A stretch of 52,087 nucleotides of DNA, the filler included, from Sphacelaria rigidula (Eukaryota): the NCBI GenBank assembly GCA_964200075.2. It is 4 parts of 4 records of this genome, joined end to end, with 100 filler letters (N's around TTAATTAATTAA, not from the genome) between each part and the next. Parts side by side here need not be neighbours in the genome. Positions count along the whole stretch, not along the records: positions 1 to 12,948 come from CAXNAA020003276.1; 3 more parts are not named here. One strand, written 5' to 3'. The notes beneath the pieces were generated by a model. The model saw only the letters and a list, made by a program, of their open reading frames with translations. It was not told the DNA's origin and did not search any database. A program made the position numbers and the translations under genes. Of the stretch, positions 1-12,427 are shown one piece after another. Positions within the stretch are counted from its first letter, which is position 1; each line of letters opens with the position of its first letter.

Positions 1-1
1 G

Positions 2-51
2 GTATCGCCACTTCCAGAGACAGCCATAGCTTATACACTGCCTCATGGGTG
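2..51. repeat. 50-bp repeat at the start of contig 1; inverted copy at 52038-52087
   Basis: gtatcgccacttccagagacagccatagcttatacactgcctcatgggtg matches the reverse complement of 52038-52087 at 46/50 positions. Confidence 0.9.
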
Positions 52-1129
52 CCTCACCATTTAAACACTACGTGGAACGATCATTCCCATTGTGCGGAGT
101 TGAGGTTGGGGGGGGAGGGGGGGGTGTACTCATGATCATGGGGGGAGATGAAATACTACAAACATGCTAACGTTTCGACAGACTTTCTCGTTGACAGCAA
201 CGCAGAATCCAGTGCGGTTTGCCTTGCTGTGGGCGCTTAAACCCCCTGTGTTCCAGTCCAAAGCCGATTTGGTTAAAATGGCAAGAGCAAGCTGGTTCAG
301 AGGGACACGATGTACGTGATATCCATTTGAACAATCCAAAATCAACGCTCACCGTGCAATTCAGGATACCTGTATGGACGTGCTCGTACACCTCGCACAC
401 TACCCGTATATCCTCCTGTGTAGAGTATTTCAATCCAAATGTTTCTCGAAGGTTCAACACTAGACGCAAGTGCGTACTCACAGTTCGGTCACGACGTGAA
501 ACAGAAATTAGGGCTTTGGCAGAGATCGCTGCGACACTTTTCGGCTACCAATCGGCGATGTCCGCTCCGCGAACTCTGTGTAGATGAGCGATGAGTAGCG
601 CTAGAGCTCATGACTGTGCGCAGCCGGTGTCTACGTGGGCCCCGTCGGGCTCGATGTGCAGGTGATGTATTCCGTTGTCGTCTCTTGAGTTACCAGCCGA
701 GCGGTGGGTCCAACTTTATGCCGGGTAATGAGAGCCGAAAATCTCCGGCATAAATCCTCATTGAATTCTGAACAGGTTTGACTAACACTCAGCACAACCT
801 GCTCAGCTGATCAGCAGCTACGGTTCGAGCTGTATGCTGTATGCTTTATGCTATATGCTGCTGGTTCACCTGGGAACTGCGGCTTTCAGGTCCATGCGAG
901 GTTATGTTTGGTTGTGTGCCACGCCTTTGCATGTGTCCCTCTGGGTGTTACATTTGTTTTCCCGTTCGAATAAACTGAATGTCGGTTCGTGCGGAACAAA
1001 TATTGAATACCCCGAAGGTAGTTTTCACGATCACTTTGCGCAAACAGATTTATCGCCAGTCTTCTTGGGAGGGGTGTCGCACTGACCAATCACACGTCAT
1101 AAATAGCAGAGAGATCTTGGTAGATTTTT

Positions 1130-1410
1130 CCAAGGCTGTGCTCTGTAGGGTACGGGTATGTTCTGCAGGGTATGAGATTTCTTGCAGAATTTACAGAACC
1201 TGTCGGGTACGGTATGGAAATTGTACAGAAACTCTTACCCGCAATGGGTTATATTTACAAGGGGATACCCGTGCCCCGTGTAAGGGTCGACACTTTGTAC
1301 AAATCGTACAGAAATGTCCGGTACGGGTATGGTGGGCTTACAAAACTTACCGAACTGTCGCGCGTATGAGAAGGTTACAGAACTTACAGAAGTGTCGAGT
1401 ACGGGTAATT
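1130..1410. mobile_element. Partial MITE, same family as 2149-2439
   Basis: Begins ccaaggctgtgctctgtagggta and carries repeated gtcgggtacggtatg / acagaa subterminal motifs shared with 2149-2439. Confidence 0.6.
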
Positions 1411-2148
1411 GTTATAGACCACGGCGTAATGGAGGAGGGTCAGTAGGAGGGTGGGCTAGTTATTCGACCAGCGAACCCGGAGGGCTGGTTGATGGCTGCC
1501 GGCGATTTCGCCCGATCAGGGGTTGAGGATGCTTGTATACATTCACGACGAGCAAAGACATACCTCCTTACACTCAGCTTGATTCAATTCCCGTTCGGAA
1601 CAGACTCAAGTTGATGACAAACCCAGATGTGTCACAATCTCGAAGGAATCGATGAAACCTCGTGAAGTTCGTTTGATTTCTCAACACCATCAATGAAAGA
1701 AAAAAAAATGACGCCTGTGCTGGAGACAGCATGCTGTCCGCTTGGATCGATTGACCGGTTTTGCTGAATACCGCGATTGGATGATGCTTGTCCCTGTCGC
1801 TGCACACCGGTGAGATCTTACCTGATAAACCGTGACCACTTCGAGATATTTTGTAGTTCTTAGATTCAAACGAACTAGTACACAGGCCATTGCTTGTTTG
1901 CATAAAGTCACGCTACATGCTGCTCATTTCTCCTCCGCTCGAAGTCGCGTTTCCACAGCGTTTGTGCAGTCATCGTGCTAACGTGACATCTGCCCGTAAC
2001 ATAATACCCCGGCAAACATCCCGGGTATAGAAAAAATTGTACCATGCTTCGATACATTGTGCTTTTTGTACATGGTTGCGTTTGAGGTTCGTCATGGTCT
2101 TTGTTCCCCCCTGGGATACCCTGCGGACGCTTGAAGAGGGGAAAATAT

Positions 2149-2439
2149 CGAAAGCTGTGCTTTGTGGGGTACGGTATTCTCTGTATAGGGTACAAAATGT
2201 TTTACAGAACAAACAGATCCTGTCGGGTACGGTATGGAGGGCGTACAGAAACCCTTACCCTCAACCGGGTATTCCTACACGGGAATTCCCGTGCTCCGGA
2301 CTAGAATAAAAAAAACTTCAAATCTTACAGAACTATCGGGTGCCGGTTTACAAAACGCACAGAACTGTCGGGTACGGATAACACCCGAGTAATCACCGCG
2401 GGTATACAAAACATTTTACCCTACAGAACACAACTTTGG
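2149..2439. mobile_element. MITE with ~22-bp imperfect TIRs
   Basis: Ends aaagctgtgctttgtggggta ... taccctacagaacacaacttt are inverted; non-coding interior with repeated gggtacgg motifs. Confidence 0.65.
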
Positions 2440-3490
2440 GTGTGTCCGTCTTGGTAAGACAGGCCCTCAGATAGGCCCCGAGTGACGAAAAATGGTATGC
2501 GTGTGTGAATGAACTCGGTGATGACTACAGCTTCAACAATAGCACCCTGCAGGGGACACAAGTCCCAAGGGGTACATTTTTCGGGCCGCCGTCGTTTTGA
2601 ATCCCCCGACATATGTAAACAGGCATACCACATATTGAGGCTGAAATCGGCATTCGTGAATTCGGAAGGCCCTGGACAAGAGCTACAATGCAGCTTTCGA
2701 CCCCAGAGGCAACACCACGCTAAGATCGCTCTGCCACTGTGTATACGATCCTACTGTGTTGAGTGTGAGGTGGTTGGTGTAGCGTAGTATATCCTACGCG
2801 TGCAGTCTAGTGTAAACGATCTTTTTGTCAGGCTGAGTGTCTAGCAATTGATTGAGTGTGGGCTCAAATAGGAAGATGTTGCTTTTATGACTTCCACTAG
2901 TGGATGGAACAAAAACATCTATGAATGTCACGAGTTGTTGGCTATATGGGCATTAGCGGGGAGCGATGCTTTTTGTTGAACGAAAATTCAATTAAGGGGA
3001 AAGGCGATGTCAACCATCGAAACGTTCCTCTCATTAATACGCCGCTGTACGTTGACCTGCTTGCGATTATATGTTGCACATAATGGCACGTATTCTTCCG
3101 ATGAATACATTCAATGCAAGTGGAGAATATAAACCCGCCGCAATTTTAAACAATGGTATGTTGGTGTCAGTTTGCTTTCGGATTATATTTTGTATGACTG
3201 ACTCTTCGGAACCCCTTGACCGCCAGGCTTCACGATCTGCGTCACGTAGTAACGTTTCGAGTGAAAATGAACGATACCGATTCCACATATGGACACCTGC
3301 GGCGCTAGATGTCCGTGTGTGGAATCGGCATCATTTTCACTTATTTTTCGCCTGAAAATGGACTATCACACCCGATCAAATGCTAGACACTTAATCTGGC
3401 CAAAGGAGTATGTCTAGTGCCGTGTTGGGTCAAGTAGTGTTGCAGTGCAGTGTGACGTAGCGCGGTGTAATAATGTGTTGTGCAGGGTAC

Positions 3491-6400
3491 TGTGCACTTG
3501 TGAGGTCTTTGGTGTGGCCGTGGCGCGCTTCCTCGCAGTGCACCGTTTTACAGCGGAGCAAGGCAGTTGTCAATTGTCACGAGACATCTTGATGGGTTGG
3601 GCAGACGTTTGGATGTCACCCGCTTGTGTACAGCTCTATCTGAATCTTTTCTCTCTGGACCTCAGCCCTAAGCCCAAACTATAGAGCGTACAATATACTG
3701 TAGAGCCGCGGAGCCGTTCTGGCTCGACTGAACACTGGCTACAGTACTGGTTCCTGGACCACTCCTGTCGGTAGTTTGCACTAAACCGTACTGGCTCCTA
3801 CCAGGCTGGCTGACTACACGCCCGTGAATCTACGTATGAGATCTATCTCCAGTACATAATCTACACACTCCCCCATGATCATACAGCGGTATCACCAGAG
3901 AGCTGATACGATCACACCCAAAGTGCTAGGTACGAGACAAATGAATATTTCCATCAAATGCCATTAAAGTCACGTGGTGGACCTGGACCCTCCGAACTCG
4001 TCCCGACTTCCGCCCCCCTTTGCGTTTTGACATCCTTAGTTGAAAGCGACGACTTGGACATTTGTTGGCTTTGTGCGAGGGTGTCTTTTAGTGGCGTGCA
4101 CCTCGTACATTTCTGTCGTCCCTCCACCGCCTTTGTCGCTTCCTTTGCCGCGGGCTGTTCCTTTTCTTCTTGGTCAAGGCTAAAATCGTCCGCGCTCGGC
4201 ACGCATTTATTCTCTAGCTTCGCCCCTTCGCTATCACCCTGCGTCTCCGTTGGTTTGGTGACTCGGCCCTGTTCACGGCCATCTCCGCTGAAGAATGTGC
4301 GATCCTCTTGTCAGATCTGCTGCCCCTTTCTTGTTCGCGGTGCCTCCGTCTTTGGGTCGTCGGAGCGCTCGTCCGCGCTTGGAGTCGCACAAGTTACAGG
4401 CGCCGCCGGTGGCATCCGTGATCCTAGCGGTTCACCGGCCTCTCGGTTTTGAGGCTTGTTGTCCCCCCGTTGGATTTCCTCTTCCGTGGCCTTTCATCTG
4501 TCAGCGTCGGGCTGCCAAGGCTTCTGTCGTGGTCGAGGGTTCTTCTGGTCCAGTGGCAATTTCCCCTACCACTCCGAGCATGCAGAACGCGTCTTTGTCT
4601 TGATTTTGTAGAAGGGCGGCGAGATAATTCCCGTCGTCGGAACTGCTGTCGCCAGAACTCCTCAAACGTTGCTGTGTGTTGTCCCCCCGATGCCGTTGCG
4701 CTAGTCGACTGGACCTGCGCAGTCCACTATCGGGAGAAAAGCGCTTCGATGATGGCGGGTCCTGTGGTGGCTGTACACCCAGACCATCATCGCCGGCGAT
4801 TGATGTTGCTTTCTTCTCTTCCGATGGTTCATCCTCGTCATCACTGAGTTCGACCGCCTTCAGCTGCCCCACGATGTCTAGGATATTGGCTTCTGACTCA
4901 AACGTGATGTGTGAAGGCTTAACGAGCTTCGATTCCTGTATCAGTCATACATACCGGCAGAGAGAGTGCCGATCGTGCCCCACCAAGATGCCCCGCTTCG
5001 CATATGGGTGGAACTTTGAAGCGGCGCCGCGTTGCTGTTTTTGCTAATGCACGAAATATTCGGATTCCCAAGTACAAAGCCGGTCGTAGTTGAAAGGCTT
5101 CCTTGTCAACCTCTCACATGGGGCCTCGCCCCCGGGATCCCTGCGGTCTTGAATGCCGCGTCCGCCACAGCGAAGAACCAATAGTCCTCTCCGCGTCCCG
5201 CTCTCGCAACTGGCTACGTGCTATCCTCATCAGTTGTTGTATTGCACGTTCAGCAATTCCATTACTTTGCGATGTCCTCGGCGGTGAACAGCGCCACTTG
5301 ATGCCACGATTGGTCAGCATGCGTTTGGAACTTGACTGACCGTCCAAGTTCCCCAGCGCCGTCTCCGCTGATGCATTTGAAGACCACTCCCTCACGGGTC
5401 ATTGCGTCGATGTAGGCTCCCGCGGCGTTAGTAGCAGCATCCCGTGTCTTGAGTCCAACAACGTGCTTGTTTCGACTGGCCTCGTCCACTAAAAAACTGA
5501 AAGTATTCCATGTCCGTGACACCGGTGTGGAAAGGCCCTTCAAGGTCAGTCTGCACAACTTCACCTGGTGCTTTGGGACTCCTGCCGCCGCGGCCGTAGC
5601 TGAGCGCCTCGGGCTTGCATTCCTTGCAGACGCTGCAGCGCATCTCGTACGCCACCGTGGTATCAGTGACATCGATCAGCCCACGCTCCTCAAGGTGTTT
5701 GATGGCAGCAGGATCGATGTGTCCTAACGTGTCGTGCCACTGCTTCAGTGTGAGGCATTGCTTTTCGTTTGCGAACGAAGCGTGCGCCGACGCCGCATGT
5801 TCGTCATCCCCCTACAGTGATGCCGACAGGCAGGGTAAGGCACCCTCTACTCTCGTCTCGGGGGATCTTCGGCGCATCCTTTCTGAACCGAAGGCAGCTC
5901 TCCTTCCTGCTGGAATCCACGAATTCTCCTCCGTCACGGCGAATCGTTCCGGTACTCAGCAGCCAGCAAGGTGGTCCAGGGACCCAAAGTACGTCGTTCA
6001 GTGAAACCTTTGCCGGAGCCTCCTTTCCCCGAGCGCTCACGTGCAATGGGATCTCTCCCATCGCCAGCGCCTGCAGCTGCCCCTTGTTCCCAAATGTACA
6101 GCTTCGATTGAACGTACTCGTGTTTCTGAGATCTTTTTTCCAGGGAGTCATGTGGAGGTTCACTCCCGGGTCGCAGAGAATCGATACCTCTGTGTCATGG
6201 TTGGTCGACGTGCATATGGATACTACTCGCTCATCTTCGACTACCATGTTCATCATCATAAATGACCCCGGTCTGTCCCTTCTCCCATCACTTCTGCTGT
6301 TTTGTGGAGGAGATGAGAACGTTCGTGCGGAGCTCACCCCTGGCGGTCGTTCAGCCGGAGGTTTGCCGTTGAGGAATGAGCGACACTCCCGCCACCTATA

Positions 6401-7811
6401 ATATCGCTTTAACCAACGCATTGATTACTATCAAGCCCCGAGTCGGTTTTGTTGCCGCCGGTTCTCGGTTGGAACGCTTGTAATGCGTGAGAGGACCGCG
6501 TGCTTGGAGGACCGCATCGGAATGCGGATATCCCTATGGTCAGGGTTAGTGCTAGGGTTAGTGCTAGGGTTAGTGTTAGGGTTATGGTCAGGGCCGTGGT
6601 ACCTCTAGGGACTGACCCGATTGGTTTTGAAAAACGTCGATCCTGAGGTGTTTTGAACTACGGCGCGGTCCTTCAAGTACGCGGTCCTCTAACGCATTAC
6701 ACGCTACCGCCTCATCGCGGCGTTCCGTGCCAGACGTTAGGTATGCTGATGATGCTACGACTGCCCGTTTTAGCTCATCGTACGTCATACCTGGCTGGGT
6801 TGTTAGCTGGGTGAGTACTTGAGGAAGCGCCTCCTTGATCCCGAGTTAAAGGGCTTCCCTCTTAGTCTCCTCGGTTTGGCGTTTCCAAGCGCTTTAAATT
6901 CCCCCCAGATGGTGTCCAGCTTCACCATATAATCTGCTGATTCTTCTGCAGAGTTGCATTAGAGATCCCGCAGTCTTTCTTCCAATGCAAGTAGTTGCAC
7001 AGGCCGCTCGTCCTGTGCACGTCCTCCGTAGATCCGTTCCATCTCCAGCCAGGCTTCCCTGCCGTCGGGATTACCGCCATGCTCGCATCGTGTGACGATG
7101 GCTGCGGCTGACCCTTTCGTAGCCTGTGCCAAGAGGAACCACAAGGACTGCGGTTGCGTTGGTGCGTTTCGTACACCCTACGCTGGTCGAGTGTTGTGGT
7201 CGCTGTCGGAACGGCCAGTGTGGTGTCGTCCGGTCGCAGCAGGGGTTATAGTCATTCCCCCCCTGCGTATCCAACGATGGAAAGTCTACACGCGTCCCAT
7301 GTTTCTCACGAGTGCCCACGAGCACCCGTCCAGACTGGCAATTTGCGAGAGTCCACCTTCATACTCCTCGAGGCTCACGAGCCTGTGCACTTGTGACGTG
7401 TTTGGTGTGGCCGTGGCCGTAGCGCGCTTCCTCGCAGTGCACCGTTTCATAGCGGAGCAAGGCAATTATCACCTGTCACGAGAGATCTTGATGGGTTTGG
7501 CAGACGACGGACCCGAGCGGGGCGCTGCACCCCCGTGCTTTTCGTGAATCATGCACATGTCACCCGCTTGTGTACAGTTCCATCTAAATCTCTTCTCTCT
7601 GGACCTCAGCCCTAAGCCCAAACTATAGAGCTTACAATATACCATAGAACCGCGGAGCAGTTCTGGCTCGACTGAACACTGGCTATACTACTAGTTCCTG
7701 GACCGCTCCTGTTGGTACTTAGTATTGAACCGTACTGGCTCCTACCAGGCTGGTTGACTACACGCCCGTGAATCTACGTATGAGATCTATCTCCAAAACA
7801 TGATATGCGCA
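3491..7811 (-). mobile_element. Ty1/copia LTR retrotransposon, decayed, RT/RNase H largely deleted
   Basis: Direct LTRs at 3491-3867 and 7384-7811 with TG...CA ends, 5-bp TSD GGTAC (3486-3490, 7812-7816) and PPT at 3868-3874. Minus strand: gag remnant, protease (CDPGVNLHMT), pre-integrase (WHDTLGH), integrase (VQTDLEGPF, GDGAGE, SNGIAERAI). No RT motifs; only an RNase H-like tail near 3955-4000. Confidence 0.9.
6479..6701. mobile_element. TGT...ACA MITE with internal telomere-like repeats, nested in copia gag
   Basis: ~35-bp TIR tgtaatgcgtgagaggaccgcgtgctt..gaggaccgc; internal ttaggg-like units; flanking duplication cgct. Confidence 0.85.
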
Positions 7812-7816
7812 GGTAC

Positions 7817-8110
7817 TACTGTATTGTTAGCTTTCGCGGTGATACATACTTTTCCCTTTGATTTCTTGCTTCCGTCTCACTCATATCCCCGCCGGAAAAC
7901 TCGAGTTGTCTTCGCACTTTCGCGCCATCGCATCAAATGCATGGGAAATTTCACCGTGTGTCATGCACCCTCTCCATCACCCCTTCGGGAAGAAGCCTAC
8001 TGTACTGTACCAATGTATATTGTACTTCATCAGGACCTGGCTCCTCTGTACGCGACAAAACGCGACAAAGAGTTCCACACTAAACAAGAGGAATATTCAT
8101 CATAATATTG
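7817..8110 (-). pseudogene. L relic A, upstream piece (region V), separated from 140-3485 by the copia insertion
   Basis: LSRTEE at 8041-8058 resembles the GSxT(E) motif. Removing the copia and one TSD gives in-frame QYSSTLHNTLLHR. Confidence 0.45.
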
Positions 8111-8116
8111 AGTCAT

Positions 8117-8500
8117 GTGTGGGGATCACCAGGCAGAAAGGACGAATTCCGACAAGTGTCTGTCGAGGAATCACCTTTTCACACTGGTGACACCATGAGA
8201 TAGCTCGTATGCTTCACGAACAGAAGGATCCGGGTTCAAATATACCCTGGATTCCACCAAAATGGCGGGAGCAAAAAAAATGATGGATTTTCTCTGACGC
8301 AGAGTTCAAAACTCACGAAAAATCTCCTGCGACGATTCTTGGTTGCACTACCCAACACACGTAGAAGATATGTGAAGTAAAAGGTAAGATTCTAATCGCT
8401 AGTTGGCGTAGAAGGTTACTCCTACCCAACGTCCCCTAGTGAATCATGAAAGCGGGGGGTGATGTGGAAACCACATAGCAGGGATAAATTCCTACAACAA
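8117..8500 (+). mobile_element. TRIM-like mini LTR element, copy 1
   Basis: ~70-bp terminal repeat ending aatcaccttttcaca, then tggtgacacc (PBS-like); G-run PPT and truncated second repeat; similar to 11969-12427 and 37443-37835. Confidence 0.7.
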
Positions 8501-8580
8501 CTATCTGACAATGTACCACTTATTACACATGTTCATTTTGATACGGGATTTGAGCGTCACCGCTTGACACGGAAAAACAG

Positions 8581-8851
8581 GGGTGTTCAAATTCCGATGC
8601 GGTCCTCTAAGCACGCGGTCCTCTCACGCATTACACAACCTCCTCGAAGTACTTTCTCACAACACGATACCAACCAAAAATGTCGACCACGGTGTGTGTA
8701 TCTAGGGTTAGGGTTAGGGTTAGTGTTGGGGTTAGGGTCAGGAGCGTGGTACCTGCAGGGACGGACCCGATTGGTTTTGAAAAACGTCGATCCTGAGGTA
8801 TTGTGAACTACGGCGCGGTCCTCTAAGCACGCGGTCCTCTCAGGCATTACA
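8581..8851. mobile_element. Two rearranged halves of the TTAGGG-containing MITE
   Basis: Two ...gcggtcctctcacgcattaca-type ends (8635 and 8851) and a (TTAGGG)n tract at ~8703-8738. Confidence 0.75.
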
Positions 8852-10384
8852 GGTTGGGTCAGTGACAGCGAAATGTAGAAATACTTCGCCATAGAGCGTT
8901 ATAGTAGTAGCAAGGAACCGAGACATTGAGTGAGACTTATGCACACACTCTCTCTGTCGAAGTCACCCCTGGAGCCTGAATCGTTTACTGTTGGCCGATC
9001 ATTGTATGTGGAGATTATAGCCCATATCTTCGTATTTTCATTTCAGCATTTATTTGTTGACATCTTCACATTCCCTGGGCACCCTCCGTTGGATTGTATC
9101 TTGGCCCACCTGCTGGGATCCTGCATCTCTGGCAGCGCTTCCCGACACTAGTACAGACTTCAGCCTCACCACTCCCTCCATAGGCGAGCCAGTCGTGGTG
9201 CAAGATCCACCGGGCTAATCGTGCTGCAGCAGAGCTGGTATATTGGGCGACAGGGGCAGTCTGGCAGTCTGACTGGGGGACAATTCGCCGCATCGAACTG
9301 TCCCCAATCCCCTTGTTGAAGTATTCGGCGTTTTTCGACCAGATCTCAAGGCACATGTACGTTCACTATTACTCTCGGTGCCATGTGGTTGCCCGTCACA
9401 GTAGTGTTTACTTCGTTAAAAACGGCACGTCATTCATCCGCTGGGGCATCCAACCAAACGAATCGCCGCAACATGATGGCATTATGCAAAGTGCTACACA
9501 CACATATACATATATATATATATATATATGCCGAAAGATGTAGACCGGCGTCCAGAATACATGGGACGACAACACACACATTCACTGACTCAACCATGAA
9601 CATCTTCGCTTACTCAAATCCATTTACAACACTGAAAACATGCGCATGATGCAGATGCTCCAAAGCCATTCGATGAAACGTACTGTACGGCGATGTGTGT
9701 CTGCGGTGTGAGTTCAGTGAATCGCCAGTTGCCGGTGAGCCCTTGTTGGTTCTGCGGTGATTGCTGACCACACGCCCAGTGTCCGGAGGCTACGTTGTAT
9801 CATGACAATCACAAGTAGCGGCCTCGATGCAAACCCCTCTCAGTAGTTTTTCGTGGCAGCGATTACTAAGTAGTAGACTTTATGAGCACCTTCGCTTGCT
9901 GAAAACCACACGAATTGGCTACGGGAGGTGGTAATAGTACATGTACTGCCTGCGGTAGATCACCACAGGGAATGTGGTGGGTTTTGTACCTCGAGGAGAG
10001 TGAAAGAAAAAACGAAAAAACTAAACACTTCAGGACGATAAATATGCCATACTCCACAAGACAAGACAGGAAGGACCTCACATGTTCAGCCCTTGGATGC
10101 CCAACAGGCAAGCCTATATACAATACGTGAACCCGCATCATAGCGGCTGGTCACAGCGGGGGTAGTTGAAGGAATTCGGCAGAGAAAAGGTGCGACTGTC
10201 AAGTTGTCCGTGCTAGAGGCACCGAAGTACTTAATACTGAACTGACCGAAAGGTACGAGGGGGCATAGATACGTAGTTCGGCGAACTTACGTTGACGGAG
10301 GGGACAGTATACAGCAGCTGCACCTCGACCGCACATGTACCAAAGGTATCTGGAAGTTCGATTGTTCTTCGCGAGGACTGTAGG

Positions 10385-10455
10385 TGTAATGCGTGAGAGG
10401 ACCGCGTGCTTAGAGGATCGCATCGGAATTTGAACACCCCTATGGTTAGGGTTAG
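10385..10455. mobile_element. Truncated TTAGGG-containing MITE
   Basis: One TIR followed by ggttagggttag. Confidence 0.7.
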
Positions 10456-10535
10456 TATGACAGTACGGGGTCTTTCATGGTGCGAGAAATCTGAATCTGT
10501 GTCCATTTCTGAGTTGTGAGAAGGCTTGTCGCTAA

Positions 10536-10746
10536 TGTAATGCGTGAGAGGACCGCGTGCTTAAAGGACCACGCCGTAGTTCAAAATACCTCAAGATCGA
10601 TGTTTTTCAAAAGCAATCGGGCCAGTCCCTGCAGGTACCACTCCCCTGACCCTAACCCCAACACTAACACTAACCCTGACCCTAACCATGAGGATGGTCA
10701 AATTCCGATGCGGTCCTCTAAGCACGCGGTCCTCTCACGCATTACA
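10536..10746. mobile_element. Complete TTAGGG-containing MITE
   Basis: TGT...ACA ends with TIRs, 5-bp TSD GCTAA on both sides, internal (CCCTAA)-like tract. Confidence 0.9.
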
Positions 10747-11055
10747 GCTAAGACTGTACTGAGGACTTGATTTGCGAATTATGGGAGCATCTCGGCAATG
10801 CCCTTGACTGCAAACCGTAGGACACGCTCGTCCTTAGTGTTTTGGATGTTTGGAATAAAAATGGATGGTCTGCAGAGGTTCTTCTGCTGCTTCATCAAAA
10901 TTCGGTGCTTGGTCATGATGGCTGACTGGATGTGAACAGTGGAAATTTTTGTATTTTTTTTATTATTCTGTTCTATTTTTGCTGCTCCTGACCGCGAGCT
11001 GGATTGTTGCAATCAGCTAATGATGTGAGATAATCAATCAATCAATCAATCAATC

Positions 11056-11257
11056 AATGCGTGAGAGGACCGCGTGCTTAGAGGACCGCATCGGAATTTA
11101 AACACCCCTGTGGTTAGGGTTAGGGTTAGGGTTAGGGTCAGGGTCAGGGGCGTGGTACCTGTAGGGACTGGCCCGATTGCTTTTGAAAAACATCGATCCT
11201 GCGGTGTTTTGAACTACGGCGCGGTCCTCTAAGCACGCTGTCCTCTCACGCATTACA
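11056..11257. mobile_element. TTAGGG-containing MITE next to an (AATC)n microsatellite
   Basis: Same TIRs and interior as 6479-6701. Confidence 0.85.
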
Positions 11258-11968
11258 AGCCTCTCCACCCTTACAAGGTGCAAAAGAGGTGCGCCCCTTT
11301 TTCACCGCTTTGGTAGATGTTTCCCCGGAAGAAGAGGATATGACTCTCGTCAGACCCCACTAGGCACACTAGTCAAAAAAGTTCTAGCATGTCCTCACCG
11401 CATAGGGATCGGTTGAGACTCAGCAAGGGTGAATCAAGGGAGTCTGTCATCCTGGTACCGGAATAATAGTGGATATTTTCATTTTCTTGCTGGTTATACT
11501 TGTACCTGCATCACTGCAACTAGCGGTTCTCGTTTGCGTGGCGCTTCGTATGAGAGCGCCAAACTCTACACGCACGTATTACCGCCTGCGAGCTAATGGC
11601 ATTGATCGCGCCTCGTTCCAACCAGTCCCTTCGTTTATTACCAGAAACTTGCCCGAGACCGCTGCTGACAACAAATTCGAGATAGAAGAGTCATTCTCAG
11701 AGGCTTGCACTGAATATGGAAAAGGAGGAGCGAAATAGTCGCAAAATCACCCCCGACAGGTATGTGGGAGAGGAGAGGCAGGAAGCAAATACTAGGTGGT
11801 TGGTTGGTTGATGTTGGGGAGTGCCGACATCGGTCGTGAATGCAGCGATTTCAGAGCAAGACAAGATACTCTTCCGATGTGAATTGTGGTGTGTATATGG
11901 CGGCAACGGTTGTTTCGCTACATAGGTGGCCGCTGGCACAACACGTTATCCGCATTATTGAGTCCCTC

Positions 11969-12427
11969 TGTGGAAAACACCACATCGAAGAGAAAAAATC
12001 CCACACAAGTGTCCGTCGAGAAATCACATTTTCACATTGGCGACACCATGGGATAAGTCGCACGCTTCATGAACAAAAGGTCCTGGGTTTAAACCCCGGC
12101 TCACCCAATAAGCGACTAAAAGTTGAGTGGGGACAAAGTATATCGTAAACATGGTGGGGGACTACACAACGGGTGGATATATTCGAAGCAGAGTTCAGGA
12201 CTCACGGGAAATCTTCTGTGGAGATTGTTGGTTTGGGGACCCAACACACGCAGATGTGAAAAAGGGTGTACATCCTCACCGCTAGCCGGCGAAAAAGTTT
12301 ACTCCTACAAGCCTCTTCTCGTTCAAAGAACGAAAGAAGGCGCTCATAAAAGGGGGGGTGGTGGGAAAATCACCACATGGAAGAGGAAACATCCGACAAG
12401 TGTCTGTTGAGGAATCACCTTTTCATA
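11969..12427 (+). mobile_element. TRIM-like mini LTR element, copy 2
   Basis: Direct repeats at 11969-12036 and ~12360-12427, PBS-like tggcgacacc, PPT aaaagggggggg. Confidence 0.75.

Larger units (their letters stand above)
140..3485 (-). pseudogene. Endogenous Mononegavirales-like L relic A, 3' part (PRNTase end, methyltransferase, C-terminus); interrupted by MITEs
   Basis: Manual minus-strand translation gives, in canonical L order: TLLHRAT (HR at 3462-3467), VIVHFQA (3349-3369, HFQ motif of conserved region V) and SGHGLSG (~1822-1842, GxGxG-like). Many stops and frameshifts. Confidence 0.55.
8860..11950 (-). pseudogene. Endogenous Mononegavirales-like L relic B (regions I to V), interrupted by MITEs
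   Basis: Colinear motifs: SEIAAFTTDVGTP (~11817-11855, GHP-like), GAHLFCTL (~11275-11300), LQLPP...VGHP (~10095-10175, GDP-like), AIMLRRFVW (~9454-9480), AARLARWILHHDW, MSTN...YNLHIQ (~9001-9063). Confidence 0.5.

Noticed and set aside
8703-8738. Telomere or chromosome end
   Set aside because: Short TTAGGG tracts are internal to a MITE with TIRs.
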